Position numbers and translations under genes: made by a program | The notes under the pieces: model-generated | The model's input: only the letters and a program-made list of their open reading frames with translations | Databases searched by the model: none | What the model was told of the DNA's origin: nothing | From: Octopus bimaculoides | Lineage: Eukaryota | Direction: 5' to 3' | NCBI RefSeq assembly: GCF_001194135.2 | Contig: NC_068986.1 | Location: forward strand, 95,674,614 to 95,738,613 | DNA length: 64,000 nucleotides | Part shown: piece after piece, positions 39,826 through 52,699 of the stretch | How positions within the stretch are numbered: position 1 is the first letter of the stretch | Layout: each line of letters begins with the position of its first letter

Positions 39826-42800
39826 GTGATATATACACATATCATCATCATTTAATGTCCACGTTCCATGCTGGCAACAGCAAGTCCAACCCATATATAA
39901 AAATATATGAGATGCACAAAACAGTAACTGAGAGTAAACAAACAAAAAAACAGTTCAAATATGTTTAAGAGATATCTGAAACTATGAGACTTTTTACTGT
40001 AGTTTCTCACGAAGAAAAAATTCTTGCTCAAGACAAAAATATGTCAAAAAAAGTCATTGTCAGCTCAAAGTACCCTTCATTGGCCTAATGGATGCATTCA
40101 TTTCAAACTCTTAGTTTTCATCAACAATGACACGTGCTTTTCTCAGGCTATTCTTTTCCTTATCTCTAAACTTTTACCTTTTTCTGATGATGAGCTGTGC
40201 CGAAAATGTCACAACCCCTCTTTTTTTACCATCTTAAACTTTCTCTGAGTATGAATCTAATACATTCCTGTTTATAGTTTTGATTTACCAGAAGAGAGGC
40301 AACTCTGACCTGACAAGGAAGTGAAACTTCCTTTTGTGAAAAGACAAACATTAATAATTGATAACAGTGCATATTGACTGCCAGACAAATAGATTTGTAA
40401 ATAAATACTAAGACATGAGCACACAACAAAACATACTTCTGTACGGAACCTTGCTAAACCAAAATCACAAACTTACATGTGTGCGTCCAGCATTTCCAAA
40501 CGTAGACATCCTGAAGTATGGTGGATCAGGTGAGAGAAGAAACTCTAAAACACTACTGGTCATATCTAATTCACTGAATGCTTCACGAAGACATTCTGAC
40601 TGTAATGAGAAAAGGAGACAGTATTTAAATATGATATGGACTCAAGCATTGAAATATGGTGTGGACCAAAGTCCTCTAGCCCCACAAGAGTGGCTGTGTG
40701 GTAGTGGACTTGAGTCAGAAATGCAAAGATTACTTCCACACCTGCTACAGTTATTGCATACAAGACACTCTACTTACCACTGCCTACTTAGCTGTAAAAT
40801 ATGTACTATCGTTTCCTGCTACTGTCATTGTGCTGTGTCTTCATAAACAAGAAATTACATAATCAATCAACCTAGCTGAACAATAAACACTAACACTTCC
40901 TGCTACAAAATACAGTGTTTTGTTCTAAGGAAAGATATTGTATTTAACATGTTAACTGCTACGTGTACCACCTGTGGTTCATTGCAAACTTCACACAACT
41001 GCCATGTACACTACTGGTGATACATTTTCATAATTTGAGTAAATATGTTATTCTATATTTTTGACATGGTTTCAAGGATATTTAAATAACATGAGTGCTA
41101 AATATTCAAGTTTAATACTGTAATATTGTAAAAATATTTAAAAAATTACATTTCTTTGTAATTAAAGAGTATGCGGTGTGACTATGCGAAATACATGGTA
41201 TTGGCACGTAAAAAGCACCCACTACACTCTTGGAGTGGTTGGTGTTAGGAAGGGCATCTGGCTATAGAAACTCTGCCAGATCAGATTGGAGTCTGGTGTA
41301 GCCATCTGGTTCGCCAGTCCCCAGTCAAATCGTCCAACTCATGCTAGCATAGAAAGCAGATGTTAAATGATGATGATGATGAATAAAAGATTGTAGCGGT
41401 GAATGTGTCAAGAGTGTACCTTGATGTATAACAGGTACCATTACTTCCTGCTACAGCTATTGGGGAACATCTTCAAATAAGCATAGACACAAACATATAT
41501 ATTCATTTGTTTGTTTTATGTCCGTCTTTCTTCCATGCTAGCATGGGTTAGGTGAATACATTACTGAGGCATTGTTTTATGTCTGGATGCTCTTCCTGTC
41601 AGTAACCCATACCAACTTTAGTCAAGCACAAATATAAACAAATACACACATACACACAGCAAACATTTTTCAGTGTCTGATCATGAAATTCATTCACAAG
41701 GTTTTGTGCAATCTGGGGCTATAGTACAAGACACTTACACCACAGTAACACTGCAGTACACACACACACACACACACAGAGTTTCTGTCTAACAAATTCT
41801 ATTCACAAGTTATTGACTGACCTGAGGCCATAGCAGAAGAGACTAATATCTATTGTTAGAATATATAACAATATATTGAATGGTTATCATAACTTGGCAA
41901 ACTAAAAACGTCATCCCTATACACATTTATACTTTAGAGAATGGTAGAAATTTAAGGGATCCAGTGAGTCCCTGCTTTTACCTTCATGATGATTTTGTTG
42001 ACAACATTCTCAGTGCAGAAATCGAAGTCCAATACTTCTTCTGGTTCCATAGTTTTGATGCTGCAGTCTGTGAGGACACCATCTTCCTCCAGTCTGGCCA
42101 GGCACATAGATGACAAAAAGAGCAAGAGAAATATTTATACTGAATTATAGGCTTTCCCCCTGTAACCCTCTCCAGTTGACCATCCCTAATTCCATGGGCT
42201 CATAGGTGCTGGTGCCACATAAAAAGTACCTGTGCTGGTGTTGCATAAAAGCAACCAGTACACTCTGTAAAGTGGTTGGTGTTAAGAAGGGCAACCATGC
42301 CAAAACAGACAAAGAACCTGAACAGCCCCTCAGCATGGAAAACAGACATATGATGATGACGATATGATAAAATACAGAGTGCATGACTGGACGAGAGAGA
42401 CAGAGAGTGTGCATTGTATAAGTGTGTGACAGATAAAGAAGAGATGATGTTAGAAGTTATGACAAGAATCTCTTTGATCATAAATTTCTGGACAAGCTAC
42501 GGCTAAACAGCAGTACCACCAACAATATTCACATGTTGAGAGTTTGTCTTGGCCCATTTGCCTGCAGACGGTTGATTTCTGTAGTTACTATCAGTGTTTT
42601 TTTTGGTGATTTAAATGAGTTTTGACCGTTATCTCCAGCAGGTAGACATAGCATGTCCTTTGATTAATTTTAATCCTTCAGCTATATAATGGCTTTTGGG
42701 ATTGCAATTGACTATATTATTGATTCTGTTATTATCATTTTTAATTGCTACACTAGATAATAACAGCATCAATAATATCTTTGCAAATATTTTCTCCTGA

Positions 42801-43227
42801 ATTATTTGCTCCATATTGAAATTATTCTCACACTGGCAGCTGCCATGATTCGGCGCAAAATAAATCAGATGCAGTGCAGACTTTGACGTGACAGGTTGAG
42901 GCTTTCCATCATGATAATGCATGTTGAGGAAGGTGATGCTATAATGCCTGTCCATGTGAGTCCAAATACTTGAATGTATGTTGAGAGTTTATCTTAGCCT
43001 ATTTACCTGCAGACCGTTGATTTCTGTAGTTATTATCAGTGTTCTTTTTGGCAATTTAAATAAGAGTTTTGAGTGTTATTTCCAGCAGGTAGACATAATT
43101 GGTATGTCCTTTGATTAATTTTAATTATACACACACACACACATATATATATATATACATAGACATATATATATACACATATATATATATACAGACGTAT
43201 ATACATATACATACACATATATATTGC

Positions 43228-43266
<39 letters not shown>

Positions 43267-44590
43267 NNNNNNNNNNNNNNNNNNNNNNNNNNNNNNNNNN
43301 NNNNNNNNNNNNNNNNNNNNNNNNNNNNNNNNNNNNNNNNNNNNNNNNNNNNNNNNNNNNNNNNNNNNNNNNNNNNNNNNNNNNNNNNNNNNNNNNNNNN
43401 NNNNNNNNNNNNNNNNNNNNNNNNNNNNNNNNNNNNNNNNNNNNNNNNNNNNNNNNNNNNNNNNNNNNNNNNNNNNNNNNNNNNNNNNNNNNNNNNNNNN
43501 NNNNNNNNNNNNNNNNNNNNNNNNNNNNNNNNNNNNNNNNNNNNNNNNNNNNNNNNNNNNNNNNNNNNNNNNNNNNNNNNNNNNNNNNNNNNNNNNNNNN
43601 NNNNNNNNNNNNNNNNNNNNNNNNNNNNNNNNNNNNNNNNNNNNNNNNNNNNNNNNNNNNNNNNNNNNNNNNNNNNNNNNNNNNNNNNNNNNNNNNNNNN
43701 NNNNNNNNNNNNNNNNNNNNNNNNNNNNNNNNNNNNNNNNNNNNNNNNNNNNNTGCTGAGACCCCCTTCGGTCACGAATGCCATGGGATTGCACCTAGAA
43801 AGTTACCCTCCCAGGCATAAGTCCGGGCAAGGTTGTTTATGGAAGTCCAGCAGTCGCCCATGCATACCGGTCTCCCCTCTCCACGCCACCAGTGTTATCC
43901 AAGGGAAAGATAAAGGCCGATACAGCTTGGCACCCGTGATGTCGCAACTCATTTCTACAGCTGAGTGGACTGGAGCAACGTGAAATAAAGTGTCTTGCTC
44001 AAGAACACAACACACAGCCTGGTCCAGGATTCGAACTCACAACCTCACGATCGTAAGCTCGACGCCCTAACCACTGAGCCATGCACCTTCACATATATAC
44101 ATATATGTGTGTGTGTGTGTACATGTGTAAGTGTTGGTACACACAGACACAGGTCACTTGAAGTGGGAACTGCAAACAATTGTTGTTTAAAGTTTTACGT
44201 TTCAAATCATTAAAGAACTTATTCTATAATATATTAAGAAAACAGATAGCTAGGTTATGTAGAAGTATTTTAAAACAGACATGCAAACTTTTAAAGTTTT
44301 TAAAGTTTTGATTTGAGCTGGATTATACATAATGCAAGGGGAATAACTCGTATTTTTATTATGATCTATGTAACCATAAATTGTTTCGAATTTTGGCACA
44401 AGGCCAGCAATTTCGGGGTTGGAGGAAAGTCGATTACTTCGACCCCAGTGCTCAATTGTTACTATTCTCAAAATATGAAAGGCAAAGTAAACCTCGGCAG
44501 AATTTGAACTCGGAACGTAATGATGAACGAAATGCTGCTAAGCATTCTGCCTGTCATGCTAATGATTCTGCCAAATGTCATAAAATATGT

Positions 44591-44622
<32 letters not shown>

Positions 44623-45093
44623 GCAATATGTATGTCTGTATGGGTGTGTCACACACACACATAAGCTTCTTTCAGTTTCTGTCTACCAAATTCACTCACA
44701 AGACCCAGAACTAAAGTAGAGGGCACTTGCCAAATGTACCTCACAGTGGGACTGAATCTGGAACCATGTGGTTGAAAATTAAATTTCTTACCACGTAACC
44801 ACCACATCTGTGCTTGAATACACACACATGAGTAAGCACATAAAGGCAGAACAAGTGCTTGTGTTACCCAGCTATACTGAAATATGCAATGTCTTGATCC
44901 TATGGCACGGTTGATTTGACAAAAATAGCCTTGATTATTGAGTTGGTGGCACTTTCGGAAGGCAATATGGAGTAAGGACATATATATATATATATATATA
45001 TATAGACATATATATGTATATATATATATATAGACATATATATATATATACATACATACATACATATATATATATAGACATATATACATACAT

Positions 45094-45125
<32 letters not shown>

Positions 45126-45242
45126 NNNNNNNNNNNNNNNNNNNNNNNNNNNNNNNNNNNNNNNNNNNNNNNNNNNNNNNNNNNNNNNNNNNNNNNNNNN
45201 NNNNNNNNNNNNNNNNNNNNNNNNNNNNNNNNNNNNNNNNNN

Positions 45243-45279
<37 letters not shown>

Positions 45280-48200
45280 GTTAGGTGTGATGTACAGAAA
45301 TTAAATATTGAGAAAATTGGACAGGAGAGCTAGGAAGAAGGGGAGATAATAAAATACTGGTGATCCCAAAACAAAAGTGCGGGTGCGTGTGTATGTGAGA
45401 GTGTGTAAGTGAGAGTGTGTAAGTGTGTGCATGTGGATAGTGGCTAGTGACTTTGATGTGTTGATGTGTAAACGTGTATGTCAGTAATGTGCGTGGTGTT
45501 GGTACTGGGAAGTGGTCATTGCTAGTATGTGTGGAGTGGTGGTATGTGGAGGTGTGGGGATGTGAGGGTGGGGTGTAGGTCTGGGGTGAGGATGTGGGAG
45601 TGGAGGTAGGGTATGTGGGAGTGGCATGTGTGGTGTGGATGGAGGATGGTATCAATGAAGAGAGAAGGTAGGTAGGAGTGAACAGAAGAAGTAGGTGTCA
45701 GATGAAGAGAGGAGAGGAGGGGAGTCAGATGAAGGTGAGAGGACAGTTGAGCCCATGTGGCAGAAAGGAGCAAAGAGAGAATATTAATTCTTGTTCATGG
45801 CAAATGCGTGTCGAATGGCCCCTGTGCAAAGACAATTTTAACACAGACAGGTGTTGTAATAAATAACTGGTAGAGCAGAAATGGTGCAAGATAGGGTTGT
45901 CATTGCTGAGTCTAATGTCTCGGAGGTGCTCCGTGAATCAGTCAGCCAAGCAGCATCCCATTTGACCCATGTACAGAGAAGGGCATGAGAAACAGTAAAT
46001 GACGTTGCTAGAAGTGCAGGTAAAGGAGTCAGTGATATGATAGGGACGATGATGGGTGTCTGTGAGGATGGTGGTGTTGGAGAGGTAGGGGCAAGTGCGG
46101 CAGCGTGGGCGGGAGCAAGGGAACGAGTCACATTGAGAGGTGGGGTTAGGGAAGAAACTGTGGACCAGGAGGTCACGTAGGTTGTGGGCTTGTTTGAAAG
46201 TGGGAAGGGGTAGGTTGGGGAAGATGTGTGAAATGGAGGGGTCGGACTGGAGTCGCCGGAAGGCTCAAAGAATGGTGCATTGGAGAGGCAGGGTGGAGGG
46301 GTGGTAGGTGAGGGAAAATAGGAGATGGGCAATGGCAGGGTAGGTGCAGGGAGAGAGAGCAGAAGCATGGTCCATGGAACATGCTCTGGCAAGGGGATAT
46401 CCATGAAGGATGAAGTGGCAAGCCATGAGTTGAGACTGAGTTTCAAAGTCATGGTTGTCACTGCAGAGCCTGTGCAGATGGAGGAATTAGGAGTAGGTGA
46501 TGGAGAGCTTGGTGTGGGTACGGTGGGAGGAGGAGAATTTGAGTTATGAGTCTGAGTTGGTGTGTTTGTAGTGAGAGTGGAGTTGTATATGTTTACTGAA
46601 ATATCAAGAAAGGAGATGGAAGTGTTGGAAATAGTGCAGGAGAATTCGAGAGCAGGATGGAAGGATTGGACAAAAGAGAAGAAGGATTCTAGTTGTTCAC
46701 GGGAGAAGAGTGAGGTTGCACCGATACAGTCATCAATATAACGACCATATAGTTTGGAAGTGGGACCAGTGAATCTTCAAAATATTTGGGCCTCAACATA
46801 GCCAAGGAACAGATTTGTATAGTTGGGACACATTCTCATTCTCATGGCCACTCCTGAGACCTGTTGGTAAAACTCCACTGTGAACGAGAAGTAGTTGAGG
46901 GAGAGAACAAGTTCAGCCAGACAAAGAAGTGTGGATGTGTCAGGTTGGGGGTTGGGTTGAAGGTCTAGGAAGTGGCTGAGGGCAAGAAGTCCTTGGTTGT
47001 GTGGGATCACCATATATAGACTCTTGATATCAAGAGTGAAAAGACGTTTAGAAGGTCCAGGAGGGAAGGAGAAAGAGTTGAAAAGATGGAGAGCATGGTT
47101 AGTGTCATGGATGTGGGAAGGGAGGGAAGCCAATAGGGGGGCAAGGACACGGTCAAGGTATTTTGAGACCAGTTCTGTGGGGCAGGTACAGGCGGAGACG
47201 ATGAGGTATCCAGGGTTGTTGGGCTTGTGGATTAAGGGAAGGAAGTAAATGGTGGGGGTACCTGGAGTGCGGACAATGAGTTTGGAAGTGGTGAGAGGGA
47301 GATGAGAGGAGGAGATGAGGTCATGGATAGTGGAGGACACAGTGTGTTGGTAGCTAGGTGTGGGATTGGAGGGCAGAGGGCAATAGAAGGAGGTGTCTTG
47401 AAGTTGGCAGATAGCTTCAGCCTTGTAGAGGTCTGCACGCCACACCACCACAGCTCCACCCTTGTCGGCCGGCTTTATGATAATGTCCTTGTGATGTCAC
47501 ACACATACATATACATATAAATACATATACAGCAAGACACGAAACATATACACAAACACAAAGATGCATAGAGAAAATACACAACCAACACCCACAAATC
47601 AAGATGACTAAAACAATAACTCTACTCACATCAGCACCAGTGGTGACCCATAACCACTGTAGCACATCTTGAGGCTGGTCATCACACCAGTGACTGAGCT
47701 GCTACCAAAAATAGTCAGACACTCCTACAAGACAGCAAAGAGACAGTGTTGAGGTCCAAAGTGATGGAATATCTTCTAATTTCTTTTAAAGACCATCGTC
47801 AACATCATCATTGTTTTTATGTCCACTTTTCCATATTTGCATGAGACAGATAGAATTTGACAAAACATATTTTCTACAGCAGGATGCCCTCCTGTCACCA
47901 TCTCTCACCTGTTTGTAAGTAAAGTACCATGACTAGGCATACTTTCAAGGAAGAATGGAAATGAATTACACCACTTGTATGATGGTGAGGTTTGTTTACA
48001 ACAATTGCAGGAAGTCAAGACAAGGAAGCATGCACACAAGATGGGTTTCTTTTCGGTTTTGTCTACCGAATCCACTCACAAGGCTTTGATTGGCCTCACA
48101 CTATAGCTGAAGATGCTTGCCCAAGGTGCCACACAGTGGGACTGATCCAACAACTATGTGGTTGGAAAGCAAACTTCTTAACCACACAGCCATGCCTACA

Positions 48201-48572
48201 CCAACTATTTTAATGACCATCTACAAGCAATTTAATGAGTAACCATGAGTATTTTAATTACTAATTATGAGTATTTTAAATGATTTTCAAAGTATTTGAA
48301 TGACCATTTATGAATATTTTAACTGTAAGTACTTCAATGGGCATCTTATGAGTTTTTCAATCAATATTTACATAAGATGGTGAGCTGGCAGAAATGCTTA
48401 GCGGCATTTCGTCCATCTTCAAGTTCTGAGTTTAAATTCTGCTAAGGTTAACTTTGCCTCTCATCTTTTCGGAGTTAATAAAGTAAGTACCAGTTGAGTG
48501 CTGGGGTCAATGCAATCAACTTACCTCTTCCCTGAAATTGCTTGCCTTGTGCCAAAATTTGAAATCAATATT

Positions 48573-48604
<32 letters not shown>

Positions 48605-51600
48605 NNNNNNNNNNNNNNGGTGCAGGTATGGTGGTGTGGTTAGAAAGGCTTTTCAGGGAAAATTAACTACAACGAATAGCATCTCTCCAGTGACAAGAGA
48701 GAACTTTGTCCCATTTGTTTAGTGATATAGAAACTGGATGAGAGAACTAGCCCTGTATAATCAGGATAGCAAAACAATCTCACTTATTCCACACTCAACT
48801 ATCTTGAATATGGAATGCCTTTGATTATAGTTTTGCTCCGTCAGGCCTGGCCTGTGGCTAAACAACAACAACAACAAAAATAAAACTGTCATACCAACAG
48901 AACATTAAGGTTGATTTTGAAGGTCAACTGTTCTTCTTTGATTGTGTATTCATGAAATATGGCCGACTGTATGAAAGCATTGCCTTGGATGCATTTGAAG
49001 TCCTCAACTGTCACCTTCAGACCAAGCTCACTAGCAAAAACTGTAGCAACCTAAGGAAAACAAGAAACAAATGTTGAAAGTTTATCATATAATTGTTTTA
49101 TATAACCCCTCCAGCTTCCTTAAGTTAGTGACTCTCAATCTCTTTAGCTTTATGATATACTGGAAAACAAACAAAAAATTACTGGCACACTCCTCCTTCT
49201 CGTCATCATTGTTTTAATGTCCCTTTTTTATGCTTGTATGGGTCAGACAGAATTTCTTGAAGCAGATTTTCTACAGCTGGATGCTCTTCCAGTTGCCAAC
49301 CCTCACTTGTAACCAAACAACATAATATTTCATTAGGTTTTCACAGAAGATAGGAAACAAATGATACTGCTTACAAGTCAGTTACATTTATTTATAGCTA
49401 TCATGCAATATCAAAACAGGGAGACACAAACTCACACACATACACATCCGCCAAATCCACTCACAAGGCTTTGGTTGGCCCAAGGCCATAGTAGATGGTT
49501 GGGAAATAAGCTCTTTGCCACATAGTCATGTCTGTACCTATATGTACAGAGTTAAATGTTACATTTTAAAGTAAAAACTTTAAAATATATTTCATACCTT
49601 ATTCTATTAATCATCATCATCATCCCTTAATGACTGTTTTCCATGCTGGCAAGCGGGAGAGCTGCACCAGTTTCAGTCTAATTTGGCTTGGTTTCTATGG
49701 CTGGATGCCCTTTCTAACTCTAACCACTTTAACAAAATTGTGAATAACAGTTTTCAAAAGGACCAAGCCACTAATGTGGATTGTCAAAAGCCTTAAAATA
49801 TGTTTAAAATAAATTAATATGATGCACCTAGATTCCTGTTGAAGGACACACCATTTCAGAACTATATTATGTATTGGTTCAAATTCAGTGATACTTCAAG
49901 TAAATGTGTTAAAAGGGTAGAAGAGACATTGTTGTGTGCTTCCCCACTACAATGTTCAGGGTTCAGTCCCACTGCGTAGTACCATGGCTGTGTTTCTTCT
50001 GTAGTCCAGGAGTGAATAAGACTTTGTGAGTGGATTTGATAGAGGATAACTGTGTGGGAGCCCATTGTGTGTGTGTATGTGTGTGTGTGTGTGTGTGTGT
50101 GTTTGTATATTTGTATACATTTACACTTTTCTGAAAATCATGAGTTACTACAATATTGTCATTTCACCTATCGATAAATTGTCCACTGGCTTTCTGCCTT
50201 TGAAGACATGTAGATATCTTAGCTGAGAAACAGGTAAGGGTTAATGATAGGAAGGGTATCTAGCTGTAAAACAATGTCGCAAGGAAAAAAGAATGGACAT
50301 ATAAACTTTAGAACTTTATACAGCAGACCTGGAGTAGAGATGAGGTTGAAAATGCAATGAAAAGACCTTGACGAACCTAGCTGATTGATTGACTGAACTA
50401 CTAATCAAATAATTGATTAGTTAAATGTTTAACTAATTGACTAATAATAATGAAATAAGGGAAATAGAACCAGGGCGTGTGCTTATATTAGGCATCTAGA
50501 CACACACACACACAATTTGCGACAACCTGCAGCCTGTTTCTTTCAATTGAATTCGTGTTAGACACGTTTAAATACGGGTCGCACAGTTTATTACGAATCA
50601 TTATAACAAATATTTATTATAAGCCTTATTACGTCTTGAGTCTCTTATTTGATAGTGGTTATTTAGTTTCCTTAATGACCCTTCCCATAATAAATTGAAT
50701 GTGTCCCATGTCATTATGGCTAGATCCAGTTATTTCTATGTATTCCCGCTGGTTCATAATACACTGTATGAGATTGTTAGTAGAAAGACAGGTAGTTCAT
50801 CTGTACATGTTGGAAAACTTGTCCAAACATGTCAAAAGTTAAAAATGTTACATGCATATATGCTCCAGCGAGGCCTTAGCAGTTTTTGTCTAAAACGAGC
50901 TAAAACGAGCTAAATATGCTAGCAATACACACACACACATACAAATACATATAACACGCAGCACACATACATATTCTCTTCAAAAAAATACAAGAATGTC
51001 AAACTCATACGAACCTCTCGAACAAAATAACAAACTATAGGGCTTGAAGTGAAACTTAAAATGGATCGTTGACATAAATTACCAGTTAGGTAAGTTTATA
51101 CAGCTGCACCTCAGTGTACAGTTAGTTGTATTCCCGACGGTAATTTAGTCCCAAATCCACCTTTGGAGATATAGATACACATCGGCTTTTATCGTCCCGT
51201 GTTTTCCCTTTACTTTTATTTTTTATTACTCATCCAAGTACTTTTTCTTCTATTCAGGATCCTGAAATTCTCCAGTCATCCAGGCTTGTTACACCTGTGT
51301 TTACATTTTGGCAAATTTCTATGGAAACGTTGGGCACTACTAAAGCAGCGCGGACCCGAACGCGCAGTCGCGCGTCCGAGCTAGCTAGTCGTGAGTGGTC
51401 GATCCTAACCCTAACCCTAAACACGTATTCATTTGCACACGCAGGTTAGGGATAGGGTTAGGGTTAGGGACAGGGTTAGGGTTAGGATCGACCACGCAAA
51501 ACTAGCTAGCGCGGACGCGCGACTGCACGTTCGGGTCCGCGCTGCTTTAGTAGTACCGAAACGTTGTAAATAACATTTTGGCGCGATATTCTAGTACACT

Positions 51601-52554
51601 GAAATAACTCTTTGGAGTTAGAAGCCGTTTAAGAATCTTTGGCGATCGTCGAATCTTTTAACCTTAAACCTAAGAAATGTATTTTTCATAACAGTGAATT
51701 AGAAAAATATTTTAGAGGAAATTCATTTACATTAAGCAGAGTAGAATATTTTCCCGCATTTCAGTATATTAAGTTGGATGCGGAGTTACTCAAAGTTTTT
51801 GCCATTTTTTGGTGTTAATATATTATCACTAACCCACAAAATCTCTAACTTAACACGACATATAAGTACACATGACTAATTAACTTCGACAGAATTAAGA
51901 ATTGAAGGAGAATTTACTATAAAATTTTTTAAAATATTTTATATTACTATTTATCAGTAGAAAATTGCAGTCTGTTTTCTATATCAGTAAAAAAATGTTT
52001 TTTTCTCAATTAAAGCTCAAATAAGTTGTTTAAACCTATATCAACCATGATAAAGCAGATGTGTTATCACAGACATTCAAACCAAAACCACCAGGTCTTT
52101 AAATCAGGGCAATATGCGTCGGAACCATGTTACTCGATGTGCACTTTACATTTTAAGACAGTCGGTGCCGGATTCAGCTGCTATTTCTAGCAGACGAGTT
52201 ATAACGTAGATGCTCCCTCGTCATGCTGTTTGTCCCATTTTATTTTTGTTGACGATATAAAAGACAATAATTATATTATCATAGTTTGGCTGCCACTTCT
52301 AGCAGAGTGAGCCTTATAGAGACTCCCTCGTGCATTCGGGTGATTATTTTCATTTGTTGACTACTTATGAATTATTATAACTCGTCGCCAAACTATAGTT
52401 CAGCAATCCCAGGCGTTCATTTACAACACTGAAATAAACTTACATCTTTGAAGTTGACGGCCTTGAGAAGATTGGACATATTGCGGACATTGTCCAATTT
52501 AGCCACCAGTAAATATTGGTCGTCGTTATCAAAATGTTTCGTAGAAAGCGCCAT
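33961..52554 (-). CDS. RAD1: Cell-cycle checkpoint protein RAD1 (9-1-1 clamp subunit), 8 coding exons, 843 nt, 280 aa
   Basis: join(52554-52444, 49050-48895, 47724-47630, 42093-41982, 40599-40477, 38479-38415, 36042-35898, 33996-33961). All introns GT-AG, phases 0,0,2,0,0,2,0. Peptide is colinear with the Rad1 family from [10 protein letters not shown] to FVEFYCVPDE. Confidence 0.95.
34195..34590 (-). mobile_element. Tx1/L1-type LINE 3' fragment in RAD1 intron 7
   Basis: Reads ..[18 protein letters not shown].. and resembles the 19950-20200 part of the larger LINE. Confidence 0.5.
35898..36042 (-). CDS. RAD1: RAD1 coding exon 7 ([14 protein letters not shown]...GQVCFVEFY)
   Basis: ttttcag acceptor, gtaagt donor, phase 2 in and 0 out. 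Confidence 0.95.
36403..37732 (+). mobile_element. Full-length DD41D (rosa/VS-type) Tc1/mariner element, inactive, in RAD1 intron 6
   Basis: TA TSDs at 36401-36402 and 37733-37734; about 35-bp TIRs CAGG(A/G)TGAT(T/C)CG(T/A)AAGTAACTCCCTATTCTAAAAT; transposase 36601-37623 in one frame with 2 internal stops; WSDEA / MQDGAPPH / SPDLTPCD with 41 residues between the 2nd and 3rd D. Confidence 0.92.
38415..38479 (-). CDS. RAD1: RAD1 coding exon 6 ([21 protein letters not shown])
   Basis: ttccag acceptor, gtaatt donor; homologous to the Rad1 DYPKDSD motif. Confidence 0.92.
40477..40599 (-). CDS. RAD1: RAD1 coding exon 5 ([15 protein letters not shown]...[10 protein letters not shown])
   Basis: ttacag acceptor, gtaagt donor; [12 protein letters not shown] hallmark. 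Confidence 0.95.
41982..42093 (-). CDS. RAD1: RAD1 coding exon 4 ([14 protein letters not shown]...NVVNKIIMK)
   Basis: ccag acceptor, gtaaaa donor; LDFDFC motif. Confidence 0.93.
43755..44085 (-). mobile_element. tRNA-derived SINE, antisense to + strand
   Basis: Reverse complement has tggctcagtggttagggcgtcg...gagttcgaatcc head; a related plus copy lies at about 22615-22860. Confidence 0.8.
45700..47495 (-). mobile_element. Penelope-like retroelement (RT + GIY-YIG), 5'-truncated and degenerate, in RAD1 intron 3
   Basis: [45 protein letters not shown]; downstream [13 protein letters not shown]...RF-like [14 protein letters not shown] segment. Confidence 0.88.
47630..47724 (-). CDS. RAD1: RAD1 coding exon 3 (ECLTIFGSS...[14 protein letters not shown])
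   Basis: ttgtag acceptor, gtgagt donor, phase 2 out. Confidence 0.93.
48895..49050 (-). CDS. RAD1: RAD1 coding exon 2 ([17 protein letters not shown]...FKINLNVLL)
   Basis: ttccttag acceptor, gtatga donor; KVTVE..KC.Q.NAFIQ motif. Confidence 0.95.
51333..51557. mobile_element. Fold-back MITE with internal telomere-type repeats (family A, copy 1), RAD1 intron 1
   Basis: 86-bp TIRs (6 mismatches); termini GGCAC...GTACC; 9-bp TSD GAAACGTTG at 51324-51332 and 51558-51566; CCCTAA/TTAGGG repeats at the inner TIR ends. Confidence 0.92.
52444..52554 (-). CDS. RAD1: RAD1 coding exon 1 ([37 protein letters not shown])
   Basis: ATG at 52554; gtaagt donor at 52443; DDQY.LVA.LDNVRN is the Rad1 N-terminal motif. 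Confidence 0.95.
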
Positions 52555-52699
52555 CGCACCACGTTGCCTACTGCTGTTGCCTTCTTCCGGGGTGGAAAAC
52601 AATTTGCTTCATTCAAATACATTCCGTTGGTCCATTTGAGTTATTTCCCTTAACTCATTTAATTTCTTTTTTTATTATATTTCAGTCTACACAGGTGTT

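Noticed and set aside
51403-51486. True telomere or chromosome-fusion scar
   Set aside because: The repeats are few, lie inside TIRs and are bounded by a TSD.
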